A stretch of 46,602 nucleotides of DNA from an uncultured Clostridia bacterium (GTDB taxonomy: Bacteria > Bacillota > Clostridia > Christensenellales > CAG-1252): contig CAMOTC010000001.1 of NCBI GenBank assembly GCA_946625545.1, forward strand, positions 1-46,602, read 5' to 3'. Every line of letters starts with the position of its first letter. Position 1 is the first letter of the stretch. The notes under the pieces were generated by a model. The model was given only the letters and a program-made list of their open reading frames with translations, searched no databases and was not told the DNA's origin. A program made the position numbers and the translations under genes. This document shows, piece by piece, positions 1 to 8,816 of the stretch.

Positions 1-33
1 AACCATTTCATCAACTTCGCGTGAATATTGCAT
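1..33 (-). CDS. First 11 codons (MQYSREVDEMV...) of an unidentified gene that runs off the left edge
   Basis: ATG at 33-31 with GGAGG (47-43) 9 nt upstream. The frame stays open to the window edge. Too short to assign a function. Confidence 0.35.
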   Translation of the reverse strand, partial: MQYSREVDEMV

Positions 34-67
34 TAAAAGTTTCCTCCCAAAAAAATTTGTATTTTCA

Positions 68-96
68 GTATACCACACGCGCGCGCCTCTTGTATA
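68..96 (-). promoter_or_regulatory. Putative sigma-70 promoter with extended -10 for the left-edge gene
   Basis: Minus strand reads TGgTATACT (78-68). A weak -35 TATACA (96-91) sits 17 nt upstream. Confidence 0.4.
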
Positions 97-142
97 ACGA
101 TTTTATCTAAAAAAAATATCATCATCATAATTATTTCGGGTG

Positions 143-173
143 AAAATAAAAGAGAGACCCCTCGGAGTCTCTC
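143..173 (-). terminator. Rho-independent terminator
   Basis: Minus-strand RNA reads GAGAGAC-uccgaggg-GUCUCUC followed by UUUUAUUUU. The stems are 173-167 and 158-152, and the U-tract is 151-143. Confidence 0.75.
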
Positions 174-372
174 ATAGAGCGATAAATCGCTATTGCCCGC
201 ATTGCCGTCTCACGGCTGTACTAAACCCGCCAAATGCAGGTTGGGTATAAGCTATCCGACACTTCTGCCTTCCGCTGATAAAAATGCGGCCTGACATCCG
301 ACGTCGCGTTTCGCTTGCCCGAAAAAGTATTGAGGTTGTGACATATCCGCTACTCGCACAACGCAGGTTGAT
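145..372 (-). ncRNA. Unclassified structured RNA candidate (~228 nt), either a stand-alone transcript or a 3'UTR element
   Basis: No plausible ORF here. It is a GC-rich island in AT-rich flanks, bounded by a good promoter (407-379) and a terminator (173-143). It contains many local hairpins and duplicated sub-motifs (see findings). Confidence 0.45.
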
Positions 373-378
373 ACTTAT

Positions 379-407
379 TATATATCACAGCGCTGAGGGG
401 AAATCAA
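379..407 (-). promoter_or_regulatory. Sigma-70 promoter, TTGATT-17 nt-TATATA with TG at -15/-14
   Basis: Minus strand reads TTGATT (407-402), a 17-nt spacer ending ..gTGa, then TATATA (384-379). A TATAAT alternative lies at 382-377. Confidence 0.5.
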
Positions 408-462
408 TAGTTATTAAGATTTTTTAGCTAAACTTTTTATGCCTATAAAAACCTTCTATAAC

Positions 463-2940
463 CTACTTTTCTTCCTTATAATAATCGTCCTCGTCGGCGA
501 CGTCTTCGTCCTCTTCCTCGATATCGCGATAATATCTCTCGAGATAGAAAGGTATCGCCTTTTTATCATCGGCGCGGATCTTACCGAGGATGAAGTGGAA
601 GAGAATATTCAGTATCACACAGATCACCACACCGATCAAGATGCAGAGGAATCCCGACCAGTTGATCGCCGTTATCTCAAAGGAGATAAAGTTCATTCCC
701 ACGCTATTCAGTCCGTATAGTAGTCCGATCGCGGCAAACAGTCCGACGAAACAGCAGGAAATGACGGTCATACGATAGCGATTGAGCGGTAAGCAATTAA
801 ATATCAGCTGAACAAATCCGCACATAACAAGGGTCAGAGCCCCGATCGTCGAGAGCATTTCCGCAGGGATATTGAAGGCATCCGAGAATAGGAAATAGGA
901 CGCGAGCACCGAGAATAAGAGCGAGAACGTCGCGGGATATGTTCGCTTTAGCACCTTTTGTATAAAGTTTCCTCCGGGGACCTCGTCATTCGGCTGTAAG
1001 GCGAGGAAGAGCGCGGGGAATCCGAGTATGAACACCTCAAACATGAGCATCTGCGATGTCGAGAACGGAAAGAGCTTTCCGATACAGAGACAGATCGTGG
1101 TCAAGATGATTGTAAAGAGATTTTTCATCACGTAGAGCGAGGACACGCGCTCGATATTACTCACCACCCTTCTGCCTTCCTGTACGACGGCGGGAAGCGA
1201 GCTGAATTTACTGTCCACGAGCACGATACCCGCCACGCTGCGCGCGACTTCATTCGCGCTACCGAAGGAGATACTGCAATCGCTGCTCTTCAAGGCGTGG
1301 ACGTCGTTGACGCCGTCACCAACCATGCCGACGGTGCGCCCTTTCTTGCGGAGATAGTTTACGATCGTACATTTCTGATCGGGACTGACGCGTCCGAAGA
1401 TGCGATGTGTATCTACAGTGCGCTTGAGCTCCTCATCGTCAAGATCGGCGCAGTTGATATACTTGTCACTGTCCTCGATGCCCGCCTTTCCTGCGATCTG
1501 AGCCGCAGTACGAGCGTCGTCGCCCGAAATCACCATAATCTTGACGCCGTTATCCTTAAACCAACGAAGAGTGCAAGGAGCGTCGTCACGGATCTCATCC
1601 TCGATCGAGACCGCCATCAAGGGTGTGCACTTATTGACGTCGGGGAACAATATATCTCCGTCGAGTCGCGACAATACCACGACGCGCTTTCCGGACGAAT
1701 AGCTTTCCTCCGAGAATTTGCGTACTTCTCCATCAAATTTACTCACAAATTCCGCTGCGCCGAGGAGATAAGTGCGTCCGTCCTTATAGGTGATACCACC
1801 GTACTTTCTCCCGGAATAGAACGGCAGAGCAAAGACGATATCCTCGTCACTCCCCCCGATAAAGGACTTTCTAAGCGCCCTTGCGGTGGAATTGATATCC
1901 CTCGTCCCAACAAGCAGATCCGCAAGGATCTTATCGCAGTCTTCATTCTCCTCAAAGATCTCTTTTTTCACCACGCGCATCTCGCCCGTCGTGATGGTGC
2001 CCGTCTTATCGAGAAGGAGAGTATCCACGAGCGCGAGCATCTCGACGCCGTACATATCCTGCACCAAGGTATTCTTTTGAGAGAGTTTCAGGACGGAAGC
2101 CGCCAAAGAACAGCTCGTCACGAAGAACATACCGACGGGAAGCATCGCGAGCGCGGACGCCGCCGTGTATTTTAAAGCGTCGTGCATCCCCGACTCCACG
2201 AGGTAATAATTTACAAAGAAGGAACCGATCGCGAGAGGGATCAAAATAATAGATATTATTTTGATGATAAAGTTCAAAGCGTAAAAGATCTTGCTCTTCG
2301 GCTTGCTTAAACGGCGCGCCGCCTTGCCGATACGATGGATATTGCTATCCATGCCGACGCGATCCGCCTGAACGACCGCCTCACCGACGAGCACGTGGCT
2401 TCCGGAAAGGACATAGCTCCCCACGCCTCTCTTGATGATATTTGACTCACCCGTCAAGATGGATTCGTCGAGATCCACCGAGCCCTCGCGGATATATCCG
2501 TCCACAGGGACCTTGGATCCCGCGCGAATGATCACGAGCTCGTCGAGGACAATATTTCGCGCCGCGACTTCCACTCTCTTGCCGTCGCGTATGACGGTAA
2601 AGTCGGTATCCACCTTAAAGGAGAGACGCCTGACAGCGTTTTTCGCTTTGATGCCCTGCACGCTCCCGACGACGATATTACATACGATGATCAGGGATGA
2701 GAATGTATCGCTATACTCCCCGATGATGAATAGCATCGCGACGAGAATAAATGTCACGACGTTACAGAAAGTAAAGACGTTCTCAGCGATGATCTGCAGA
2801 TAGGACTTGGAAGTATTCATGATCTTCCAGTTCGTCTGCCCTTCTTTCTTTCTTTGCTCTACTTGAGAGAAACCAAGACCCATCTCCAGGCTCGGAGAAT
2901 ATCTCTTTACAGGTTTTTTCTGTATGATCTTTTGTAACAT
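463..2940 (-). CDS. Cation-translocating P-type ATPase (P2-type, Ca2+/Mg2+-like)
   Basis: 825 aa. Motifs seen: LTGES actuator, DKTGTIT phosphorylation site, GDGVNDVHALK hinge. Multiple TM helices on both sides of the catalytic domain, and an acidic C-terminal tail. Confidence 0.9.
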   Translation of the reverse strand: MLQKIIQKKPVKRYSPSLEMGLGFSQVEQRKKEGQTNWKIMNTSKSYLQIIAENVFTFCNVVTFILVAMLFIIGEYSDTFSSLIIVCNIVVGSVQGIKAKNAVRRLSFKVDTDFTVIRDGKRVEVAARNIVLDELVIIRAGSKVPVDGYIREGSVDLDESILTGESNIIKRGVGSYVLSGSHVLVGEAVVQADRVGMDSNIHRIGKAARRLSKPKSKIFYALNFIIKIISIILIPLAIGSFFVNYYLVESGMHDALKYTAASALAMLPVGMFFVTSCSLAASVLKLSQKNTLVQDMYGVEMLALVDTLLLDKTGTITTGEMRVVKKEIFEENEDCDKILADLLVGTRDINSTARALRKSFIGGSDEDIVFALPFYSGRKYGGITYKDGRTYLLGAAEFVSKFDGEVRKFSEESYSSGKRVVVLSRLDGDILFPDVNKCTPLMAVSIEDEIRDDAPCTLRWFKDNGVKIMVISGDDARTAAQIAGKAGIEDSDKYINCADLDDEELKRTVDTHRIFGRVSPDQKCTIVNYLRKKGRTVGMVGDGVNDVHALKSSDCSISFGSANEVARSVAGIVLVDSKFSSLPAVVQEGRRVVSNIERVSSLYVMKNLFTIILTTICLCIGKLFPFSTSQMLMFEVFILGFPALFLALQPNDEVPGGNFIQKVLKRTYPATFSLLFSVLASYFLFSDAFNIPAEMLSTIGALTLVMCGFVQLIFNCLPLNRYRMTVISCCFVGLFAAIGLLYGLNSVGMNFISFEITAINWSGFLCILIGVVICVILNILFHFILGKIRADDKKAIPFYLERYYRDIEEEDEDVADEDDYYKEEK

Positions 2941-2943
2941 ATT

Positions 2944-3663
2944 TTACTTTATTTTGACGCTGAGATGTCTCTCGATGTCAAATTCATTCCAGGGGAAAAC
3001 GGTATCATCGGGGAATGCCCGAAATACCATGATCTCCTTTTTCGTCGGGTGAGTAAATCTCAGCTCTGTGCTCCACAGCGCGAGCTGATTTGCCTTTACG
3101 TATTTATTTCCCGCATATTTCTGGTCTCCCACGATGGGGCAACCGATATTTGCGGTCTGTACTCTGATTTGGTGCGATCTACCCGTATGGAGCTTGACCT
3201 CGACGAGGCAGATCTTATCCTTTTTCTCGAGAATGAGATAGTCGAGAGCGGCATATTTCGCCCCTTCGACAGCCATTGGTACGACGGAGACGATATTCTT
3301 CGCTTCGTCTTTCAGGAGATAATTCTCCAGCCTGCCGCGCTTCTTGGGCGGGACTGCTGACAATACGGCGAGATATTTCTTTTCCATATCCTTCTCGCGC
3401 AAGCTCTCGGAGAGACGCTCTGCCGCCTTGCTCGTCTTTGCAAAGACCATCACACCGCCTGTCGGACGGTCTAGTCTGTGCACGAGCCCGAGATAGACGT
3501 TGCCCGTCTTATGATATGTCTCGCGAAGATACTCCTTGAGGAGGGTCAGCATATCGGGATCCTTCGTCGAATCCTCCTGCGAAGGCACGTTGACAGGCTT
3601 GACTACCACGAGGATGTGATTGTCCTCATATATGATCGGAATGTCCTTGTAAGTTACGTTCAT
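2944..3663 (-). CDS. RluA-family pseudouridine synthase
   Basis: 239 aa. Has the HRLDRPTGGVMVFAKT catalytic-Asp motif and a HQIRVQ motif. No S4 domain. Confidence 0.85.
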   Translation of the reverse strand: MNVTYKDIPIIYEDNHILVVVKPVNVPSQEDSTKDPDMLTLLKEYLRETYHKTGNVYLGLVHRLDRPTGGVMVFAKTSKAAERLSESLREKDMEKKYLAVLSAVPPKKRGRLENYLLKDEAKNIVSVVPMAVEGAKYAALDYLILEKKDKICLVEVKLHTGRSHQIRVQTANIGCPIVGDQKYAGNKYVKANQLALWSTELRFTHPTKKEIMVFRAFPDDTVFPWNEFDIERHLSVKIK

Positions 3664-3677
3664 AGGTCTCCTGCTGT

Positions 3678-4553
3678 TTATCCTTTGAATATCGCTACGC
3701 CGCTACAGCCGCAAGGGAGCTCGATCCCTTCCTCGGTGGGTAGCGCGAGTTCGTACGCATTGACGTCTATAGTATATTTCTTCCCGATCGCGAGTTTCAG
3801 CATATCCGCTATCACCGTGGGTTGCAGTCCCGTCGTGTAGGAATTGATCAGGAAAAAGAGCGGCTTATCCGACAGCACCTCCACCGTCCTCTTGAGGAGA
3901 GGATAGAGATCGTTCTCAAGTTTCCAGACTTCTCCGTCGGGTCCCCTTCCGAAAGAAGGAGGATCCATGATCACCACGTCGTAGCGATTGCCCCTACGGA
4001 TCTCACGATTGACAAATTTCAAGCAATCGTCCACGATATAGCGGATGGGCGCTTTGGCGAGTCCGGAGGAAGCCGCGTTCTGCTTCGCGCGATCCACCAT
4101 AGCGGGAGCCGCATCCACGTGAGTAACTGCGGCGCCTGCCGATGCGGCAGCAATCGTCGCCCCACCTGTATAGGCAAATAAGTTCAATACCTTGATCTCT
4201 CTCCCTGCGGAAGAGATCATCTTGATGATATCGTCCCAGTTCGCCGCCTGCTCGGGGAATAGTCCCGTGTGCTTGAAGTTTTTTGACAATTTCAAGTGAA
4301 AGGTCAACCCCTTCCTTTGCACGGTAAACTCCTCGCGAAAAGGCTTTAGGATCACCCATTTCTCCTCTTTTTTCCCAGCTTCCGCGCGATAGTACGCGTT
4401 CAACTTAGGATACGTAAAGAGATCAAAGGGTGCCTCCCATATCGCCTGCGGATCGGGTCTCAGAAGGCAGACCTCTCCCCACCGCTCGAGCTTATAGCCG
4501 TCGCCGGTGGCGATGATCTTATAGTCGTTCCATCCCTCTGCTATATGCGGCAT
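3678..4553 (-). CDS. Class I SAM-dependent methyltransferase (RlmI/RlmK-like rRNA methyltransferase fold)
   Basis: 291 aa. Has a LNLFAYTGGATIAAA SAM-binding loop and a VIMDPPSFGRG motif. Overlaps the ileS stop by 13 nt. Confidence 0.75.
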   Translation of the reverse strand: MPHIAEGWNDYKIIATGDGYKLERWGEVCLLRPDPQAIWEAPFDLFTYPKLNAYYRAEAGKKEEKWVILKPFREEFTVQRKGLTFHLKLSKNFKHTGLFPEQAANWDDIIKMISSAGREIKVLNLFAYTGGATIAAASAGAAVTHVDAAPAMVDRAKQNAASSGLAKAPIRYIVDDCLKFVNREIRRGNRYDVVIMDPPSFGRGPDGEVWKLENDLYPLLKRTVEVLSDKPLFFLINSYTTGLQPTVIADMLKLAIGKKYTIDVNAYELALPTEEGIELPCGCSGVAIFKG

Positions 4554-7500
4554 ACAGAGATGGTGACGGCTTTCCCGCCGAGATCGTATTCTTTCGTATA
4601 GCCATCATTCTCGCTGAAGGAGACGCTGTCCGCGAGGACGTCCTCCCCGACCTTATACTCCGCAACGATCCTCTCAAAGAGTGCGTCGCCGACCACGCCG
4701 AGCTTGATATGATCCGTGACCTCAAATCCCGCCTCTTTACGCATCGACTGGATCTTAGACACGAGTTCACGAGCGTAGCCTTCGTCAACAAGTGCTTGGG
4801 TAAGGGTGGTATCGAGTGCGACGGTGATCTTGCCGTCGGACTCTGCGCTGAAGCCCTCTCCGCTCTTGGTGGAGATCAGGAGATCACTCTCGGTAAACTC
4901 GACCTCTTTACCGCCGAGTTCCACGGTATATACGCCGCCGTTCTTGACCGCGGCGACCACCTCAGCCGCATTGCAGGCCGTAAGGAAATTTCTGATCTGA
5001 CCGAGCAGAGCGCCGTACTTCGGACCGAGGGTCTTGAGCTGAGGCTTGAGTTCGTAAGTGATGAAAGACTGACTTTCGTCGGCACGCGTGATCTTCTTTA
5101 CGTTCAGTTCTTCCGCGGCGATCTCGATGATCCCCTCCAGCTTGATCTCGACGTCGGTCTTGACGTAGAGATTTGAGAGAGGTTGACGATTTTTGATATT
5201 CGCCTTGTTACGGCAAGCCCTGCCGAGGAAGACGATATTCTCGATCAAGGACATCTCACGCTCGAGCTCCCTGTCGATATACTTCTCATCGGCGATGGGG
5301 AAAGAAGTCAGATGCACGCTGATCGGCGCGTCCTTATAGTTATTCACAACGAGGTTACGATACACGCTCTCTGCCATAAAGGGGACGAATGGCGCGATCA
5401 CCTTGGACATCGTAGAAAGCACGTGATAGAGCGTCGTATATGCGGCGGCCTTATCCTCCGTCATCTCGGAGCCCCAGAATCTTTCGCGAGAACGACGCAC
5501 GTACCAATTGGAGAGTTCGTCGGTAAAGTCGGCGATCGCACGAGCACTCTCGGTGATCTTGTAGTCGGCGAGACCGTCGTCCACCGTCTTGATCAAGGTA
5601 TTCAAGCGCGAAAGCACCCAGCGATCCATCAAGGTCAGCTTGCATTTATCGAGGTCGTACTTGTCAGGCTGATAATCGTCGATGCCGGCATAGAGGGTAA
5701 AGAAAGCGTAGGTATTCCAGAAAGTGCCCATAAACTTTCTCTGCGCCTCGGAGACAGCCTCTGCGTAGAAGCGGGAAGGCAACCACGGCGCGCTACCGGT
5801 ATAGAAGTACCAGCGCACGGCGTCTGCGCCCTGCTTATCGAGTACGCTCCAGGGATCCACGACGTTGCCCTTGTGCTTACTCATCTTGATACCGTCCTTA
5901 TCTCCGACGTGTCCGAGCACGATACAGTTCTTAAAAGGTGCCTTATCAAAGAGCACCGTGGAGATCGCCATCAAGGTATAGAACCATCCGCGCGTCTGAT
6001 CCACCGCTTCACTGATAAAGTCTGCGGGGAAATGCTTTTCAAAAGCCTCTTTATTTTCAAAAGGATAGTGCAACTGTGCAAAAGGCATCGAACCGCTGTC
6101 AAACCAGCAGTCCATGACCTCGGGCGTACGCTTCATCGTGCCGCCGCACTCACAGGGGAAGGTGATCCTGTCGATATAGGGACGGTGAAGCTCCGAGGGA
6201 AGGGTTCCCGAGAGCTCGAGGAGCTCCGCCTTGCTGCCCACGACGTGGATCTTGCCGCAATCGGCGCAAACCCATACGGGAAGCGGCGTACCCCAATATC
6301 TCTCACGAGAGACGCCCCAGTCGATGACGTTCTCGAGAAAGTTACCGAATCTGCCCGAACCGATGGTCGGCGGGATCCAGTTTACCGTCTCGTTATTTTT
6401 CAAAAGGTTATCTCTGACCGCAGTCATCTTGATAAAATACGAACTGCGCGCATAATAGAGCAGCGGCGTATCGCATCTCCAGCAGAAAGGATAGCTGTGG
6501 GTATGCAGATGCTTCTTAAAGAGGAGACCTTTCGCCGCGAGTTTCTCAATGATGGACTTATCGCCGTCTTTGGCAAATACGCCGACGAGATCACTCACCG
6601 CCTCCACGAATCTGCCGCGCTCGTCAACGAGCTGAACGAAAGGCAGACCGTATCTCCTGCCCACCTTCGCATCGTCTTCACCGAATGCGGGTGCGATATG
6701 CACGATACCGGTACCTTCGGTCAAGGTGACGTAGGGGTCATTGGTCACGTAATAGGCTTTCTCTGCCTCTTTCGTGCCCTTGATGTAGTCAAAGAGGGGC
6801 TCGTACTTCTTGTGCTCATAGTAACTGCCCTTCTGCACGTCCACGATCTCCGCGTCCTCTCCGATCACGGAAGCAACGAGAGCGGATGCGAGGATATAGT
6901 ACTCGTCCCCGACCTTGACGCGAGCGTAGTCTTCATCTGCATTCATACACAGCGCGACGTTGGAGGGGAGAGTCCAGGGGGTCGTCGTCCAAGCGAGGAA
7001 GTAGGTATTATCCTCTCCCGCGACTTTGAACTTTGCCGTCACGGTCATGTCTTCGACGTCCTTATACCCCTGCGCGACTTCGTGAGAGGAGAGCGCCGTC
7101 CCGCAACGCGGGCAATAGGGAACGATCTTGTGTCCCTTATAGAGGAGGCCTTTCTCGTGAATGGTCTTGACCGCCCACCACACCGACTCGATATAATTGT
7201 CGTCGTAGGTGATATAGGGATTATCCATATCCGCCCAATAGCCGACGCGGTCACTCATGACTTCCCATTCGCCCTTGTACTTCCAGACGCTTTCCTTGCA
7301 CTTCTTGACAAAGGGCTCGATACCGTAGCGTTCGATATCCTGCTTGCCGTCCATGCCGAGCATCTTTTCCACCTCGAGCTCGACGGGGAGACCGTGGGTA
7401 TCCCAACCTGCCTTACGCTCGACGTGATATCCCTTCATCGTACGATAACGAGGAATGATATCCTTGATAACACGGGTCAAAATATGCCCGATATGCGGCT

Positions 7501-7657
7501 TGCCGTTTGCGGTAGGAGGACCGTCGTAGAAGGTGTACTCCTCCCTGCCTTCATTCGCCGCGACACTCTTACGAAAGACGTCGTTTGCCTTCCAGAAATC
7601 GAGGACTTCCTTTTCACGAGAACAAAAATCCAATCCGGTATCTACTTTATTAAACAT
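4541..7657 (-). CDS. ileS: Isoleucine--tRNA ligase, long (type 2-like) form
   Basis: Has PPTANGKPHIGH (HIGH) and KMSKHKGN (KMSKS) motifs and an editing-domain-sized insertion. I prefer the ATG at 7657 (MFNKVDTG...) because AGAGGCAGGAAT precedes it. The ORF track starts 14 codons earlier, at 7699. Confidence 0.93.
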   Translation of the reverse strand: MFNKVDTGLDFCSREKEVLDFWKANDVFRKSVAANEGREEYTFYDGPPTANGKPHIGHILTRVIKDIIPRYRTMKGYHVERKAGWDTHGLPVELEVEKMLGMDGKQDIERYGIEPFVKKCKESVWKYKGEWEVMSDRVGYWADMDNPYITYDDNYIESVWWAVKTIHEKGLLYKGHKIVPYCPRCGTALSSHEVAQGYKDVEDMTVTAKFKVAGEDNTYFLAWTTTPWTLPSNVALCMNADEDYARVKVGDEYYILASALVASVIGEDAEIVDVQKGSYYEHKKYEPLFDYIKGTKEAEKAYYVTNDPYVTLTEGTGIVHIAPAFGEDDAKVGRRYGLPFVQLVDERGRFVEAVSDLVGVFAKDGDKSIIEKLAAKGLLFKKHLHTHSYPFCWRCDTPLLYYARSSYFIKMTAVRDNLLKNNETVNWIPPTIGSGRFGNFLENVIDWGVSRERYWGTPLPVWVCADCGKIHVVGSKAELLELSGTLPSELHRPYIDRITFPCECGGTMKRTPEVMDCWFDSGSMPFAQLHYPFENKEAFEKHFPADFISEAVDQTRGWFYTLMAISTVLFDKAPFKNCIVLGHVGDKDGIKMSKHKGNVVDPWSVLDKQGADAVRWYFYTGSAPWLPSRFYAEAVSEAQRKFMGTFWNTYAFFTLYAGIDDYQPDKYDLDKCKLTLMDRWVLSRLNTLIKTVDDGLADYKITESARAIADFTDELSNWYVRRSRERFWGSEMTEDKAAAYTTLYHVLSTMSKVIAPFVPFMAESVYRNLVVNNYKDAPISVHLTSFPIADEKYIDRELEREMSLIENIVFLGRACRNKANIKNRQPLSNLYVKTDVEIKLEGIIEIAAEELNVKKITRADESQSFITYELKPQLKTLGPKYGALLGQIRNFLTACNAAEVVAAVKNGGVYTVELGGKEVEFTESDLLISTKSGEGFSAESDGKITVALDTTLTQALVDEGYARELVSKIQSMRKEAGFEVTDHIKLGVVGDALFERIVAEYKVGEDVLADSVSFSENDGYTKEYDLGGKAVTISVCRI

Positions 7658-7708
7658 ATTCCTGCCTCTTCCAATAGTGTTTCGCATTGACATAGTCAAT
7701 GCGTTTGT

Positions 7709-8497
7709 TTACTTTATCTTGATGAGTATCTTATTTACCTTGCCGCCGTCACCAACGGGGATACGACTGATCTCAAATCCCGTCAAAGTGGAGACGAGAT
7801 CGATCAGCTTGCGATATCCGTAGTTTCTCGAGTCGAAATCGGGCATTCTCTTAGAGAGGTTATTACCAACCTCCGCGAGATACGCCCAGCCTTCGTCGTT
7901 GCCGATGCTGTTGACGATATCCCTGATGGCGGCACGCACCTTCTTTAAGGGGACGACGGAAACGGCGGGTTTCTCAGCCGCCTTTTTCTCCTTCTTTGCA
8001 GAGTCATCCGCTTCGCCCTTTGCCTTCTTCGGCTCGACCTTCTCCTCCGCCTTATCCTCTGCGTTCTTCAAGACTTCGAGATAGATAAACTTCTCGCATG
8101 CCTTGATAAAGGGTTGGGGCGTCTTTTTCTCGCCCATACCGAGCACCATCATACCCGCCTCTCTCAGCCTCATGGCGAGACGGGTAAAGTCGCTGTCCGA
8201 CGTCACGAGGCAAAAGCCCGTCACCTTGCCGGAGTATAGAATATCCATCGCGTCGATGATCATCGCGCTGTCTGAAGAATTCTTGCCGGAAGTGTAGCTA
8301 TATTGCTGAATGGGGGTAAAAGAATAAGTGAGTAGAGAATTTTTCCAATTGGAGAGCTGAGGCTTCGTCCAATCACCATATACGCGCTTATAAGTGGGGA
8401 TACCGTAGTTCGTGACTTCGTCAAGGAGATCCTCGGCGTACTTCTCGGACACGTTTTCGGCATCGACGAGTACCGCGATCTTATTATCTCTGTCCAT
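7709..8497 (-). CDS. NYN (LabA-like) domain protein with C-terminal OST-HTH/LOTUS domain
   Basis: N-terminal IAVLVDAENV ... LVTSDSDFTRLAMRLREAGMMVLGMG pattern, then a Lys/Glu-rich linker, then a C-terminal LOTUS-like ...GWAYLAEVGNNLSKRMPDFDSRNYGYRKLIDLV. I prefer the start at 8497 (MDRDNK) because GGAGAT lies 3 nt upstream. The longer ORF from 8623 would run into the SRP RNA. Confidence 0.8.
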   Translation of the reverse strand: MDRDNKIAVLVDAENVSEKYAEDLLDEVTNYGIPTYKRVYGDWTKPQLSNWKNSLLTYSFTPIQQYSYTSGKNSSDSAMIIDAMDILYSGKVTGFCLVTSDSDFTRLAMRLREAGMMVLGMGEKKTPQPFIKACEKFIYLEVLKNAEDKAEEKVEPKKAKGEADDSAKKEKKAAEKPAVSVVPLKKVRAAIRDIVNSIGNDEGWAYLAEVGNNLSKRMPDFDSRNYGYRKLIDLVSTLTGFEISRIPVGDGGKVNKILIKIK

Positions 8498-8540
8498 ATA
8501 ATCTCCGTAATGCGGCATAGGCCACAATTGCTTTAATAAG

Positions 8541-8810
8541 GGTACCGTGCAGCTTTTTTTGACAAGCACTACCGAAGCGGACGCGAACGTAGGTGACTCC
8601 ACCGAAGCAACCTTATGGCACACGACAAACGCCGCTTAGTGCTGCTACCGTCAAGTCCTGACACGGTTCACAGGTTGTCGTTGCACAAGACACCGGGATC
8701 AACATTCCTTGCGCCGCTCAGCCTTCCATAATACAAGCCGAGAAAAGCATTCTGCCCCACTGTAGCGGATTGTGGGTATAGGGCACCGCTGGCTCCCCGC
8801 ATAGCACGGT
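8541..8810 (-). ncRNA. ffs: Signal recognition particle RNA, long Bacillus type with Alu domain
   Basis: The minus-strand 5' part ACCGUGCUAUGCGGGGAGCCAGCGGUGCCCUAUACCCACAAUCCGCUACAG closely parallels the B. subtilis scRNA 5' domain. The domain IV motif is GUGAACCGUGUCAGGACUUGACGGUAGCAGCACUAAGCGG. The 3' GCACGGU pairs with the 5' ACCGUGC. Confidence 0.92.
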
Positions 8811-8816
8811 ATGGTT

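Noticed and set aside
74-90. Alternating purine-pyrimidine tract CACACGCGCGCGCC (Z-DNA-prone) in the spacer of the left-edge gene promoter.
   Set aside because: It is short (about 12-14 bp) and occurs once. It is most simply just the GC-rich spacer of a promoter, and nothing supports a structural role.
145-372. Classifying the orphan RNA as a T-box, a yybP-ykoY Mn2+ riboswitch (because of the GAGUAGC stretch and the neighbouring P-type ATPase), a glycine riboswitch (two GGGCAA motifs), a c-di-AMP riboswitch or 6S RNA.
   Set aside because: There is no AGGGUGGUACCGCG T-box sequence. The GAGUAG-like stretch is not paired with the UUGACAUA/AGACC elements, and the RNA lies downstream of the ATPase rather than upstream. 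There are no GGAGAG/CUCUGGAGAG glycine cores and no ACGGGG/CCCGAA ydaO cores. The 5' and 3' ends do not pair as they do in 6S RNA.
5183-7690. Very long antisense ORFs opposite real genes. Examples are 835 aa opposite ileS, 535 aa at 14230-15837 opposite valS, 495 aa at 25873-27360 opposite nfnB, 480 aa at 39429-40871 and 401 aa at 41316-42521. Others lie at 1297-2175, 11999-13030, 17845-18816, 19298-20089, 32404-33378 and 43612-44271.
   Set aside because: Where I checked (ileS, valS, nfnB), the antisense ORF is in exact codon register with the sense gene (the same positions modulo 3). An antisense stop would then require a sense TTA, CTA or TCA codon. The sense genes evidently avoid these codons, which leaves the mirror frame open. 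The translations are low-complexity, Arg/Asp/His/Gly-rich and lack SD sites. The sense genes carry unmistakable family motifs.
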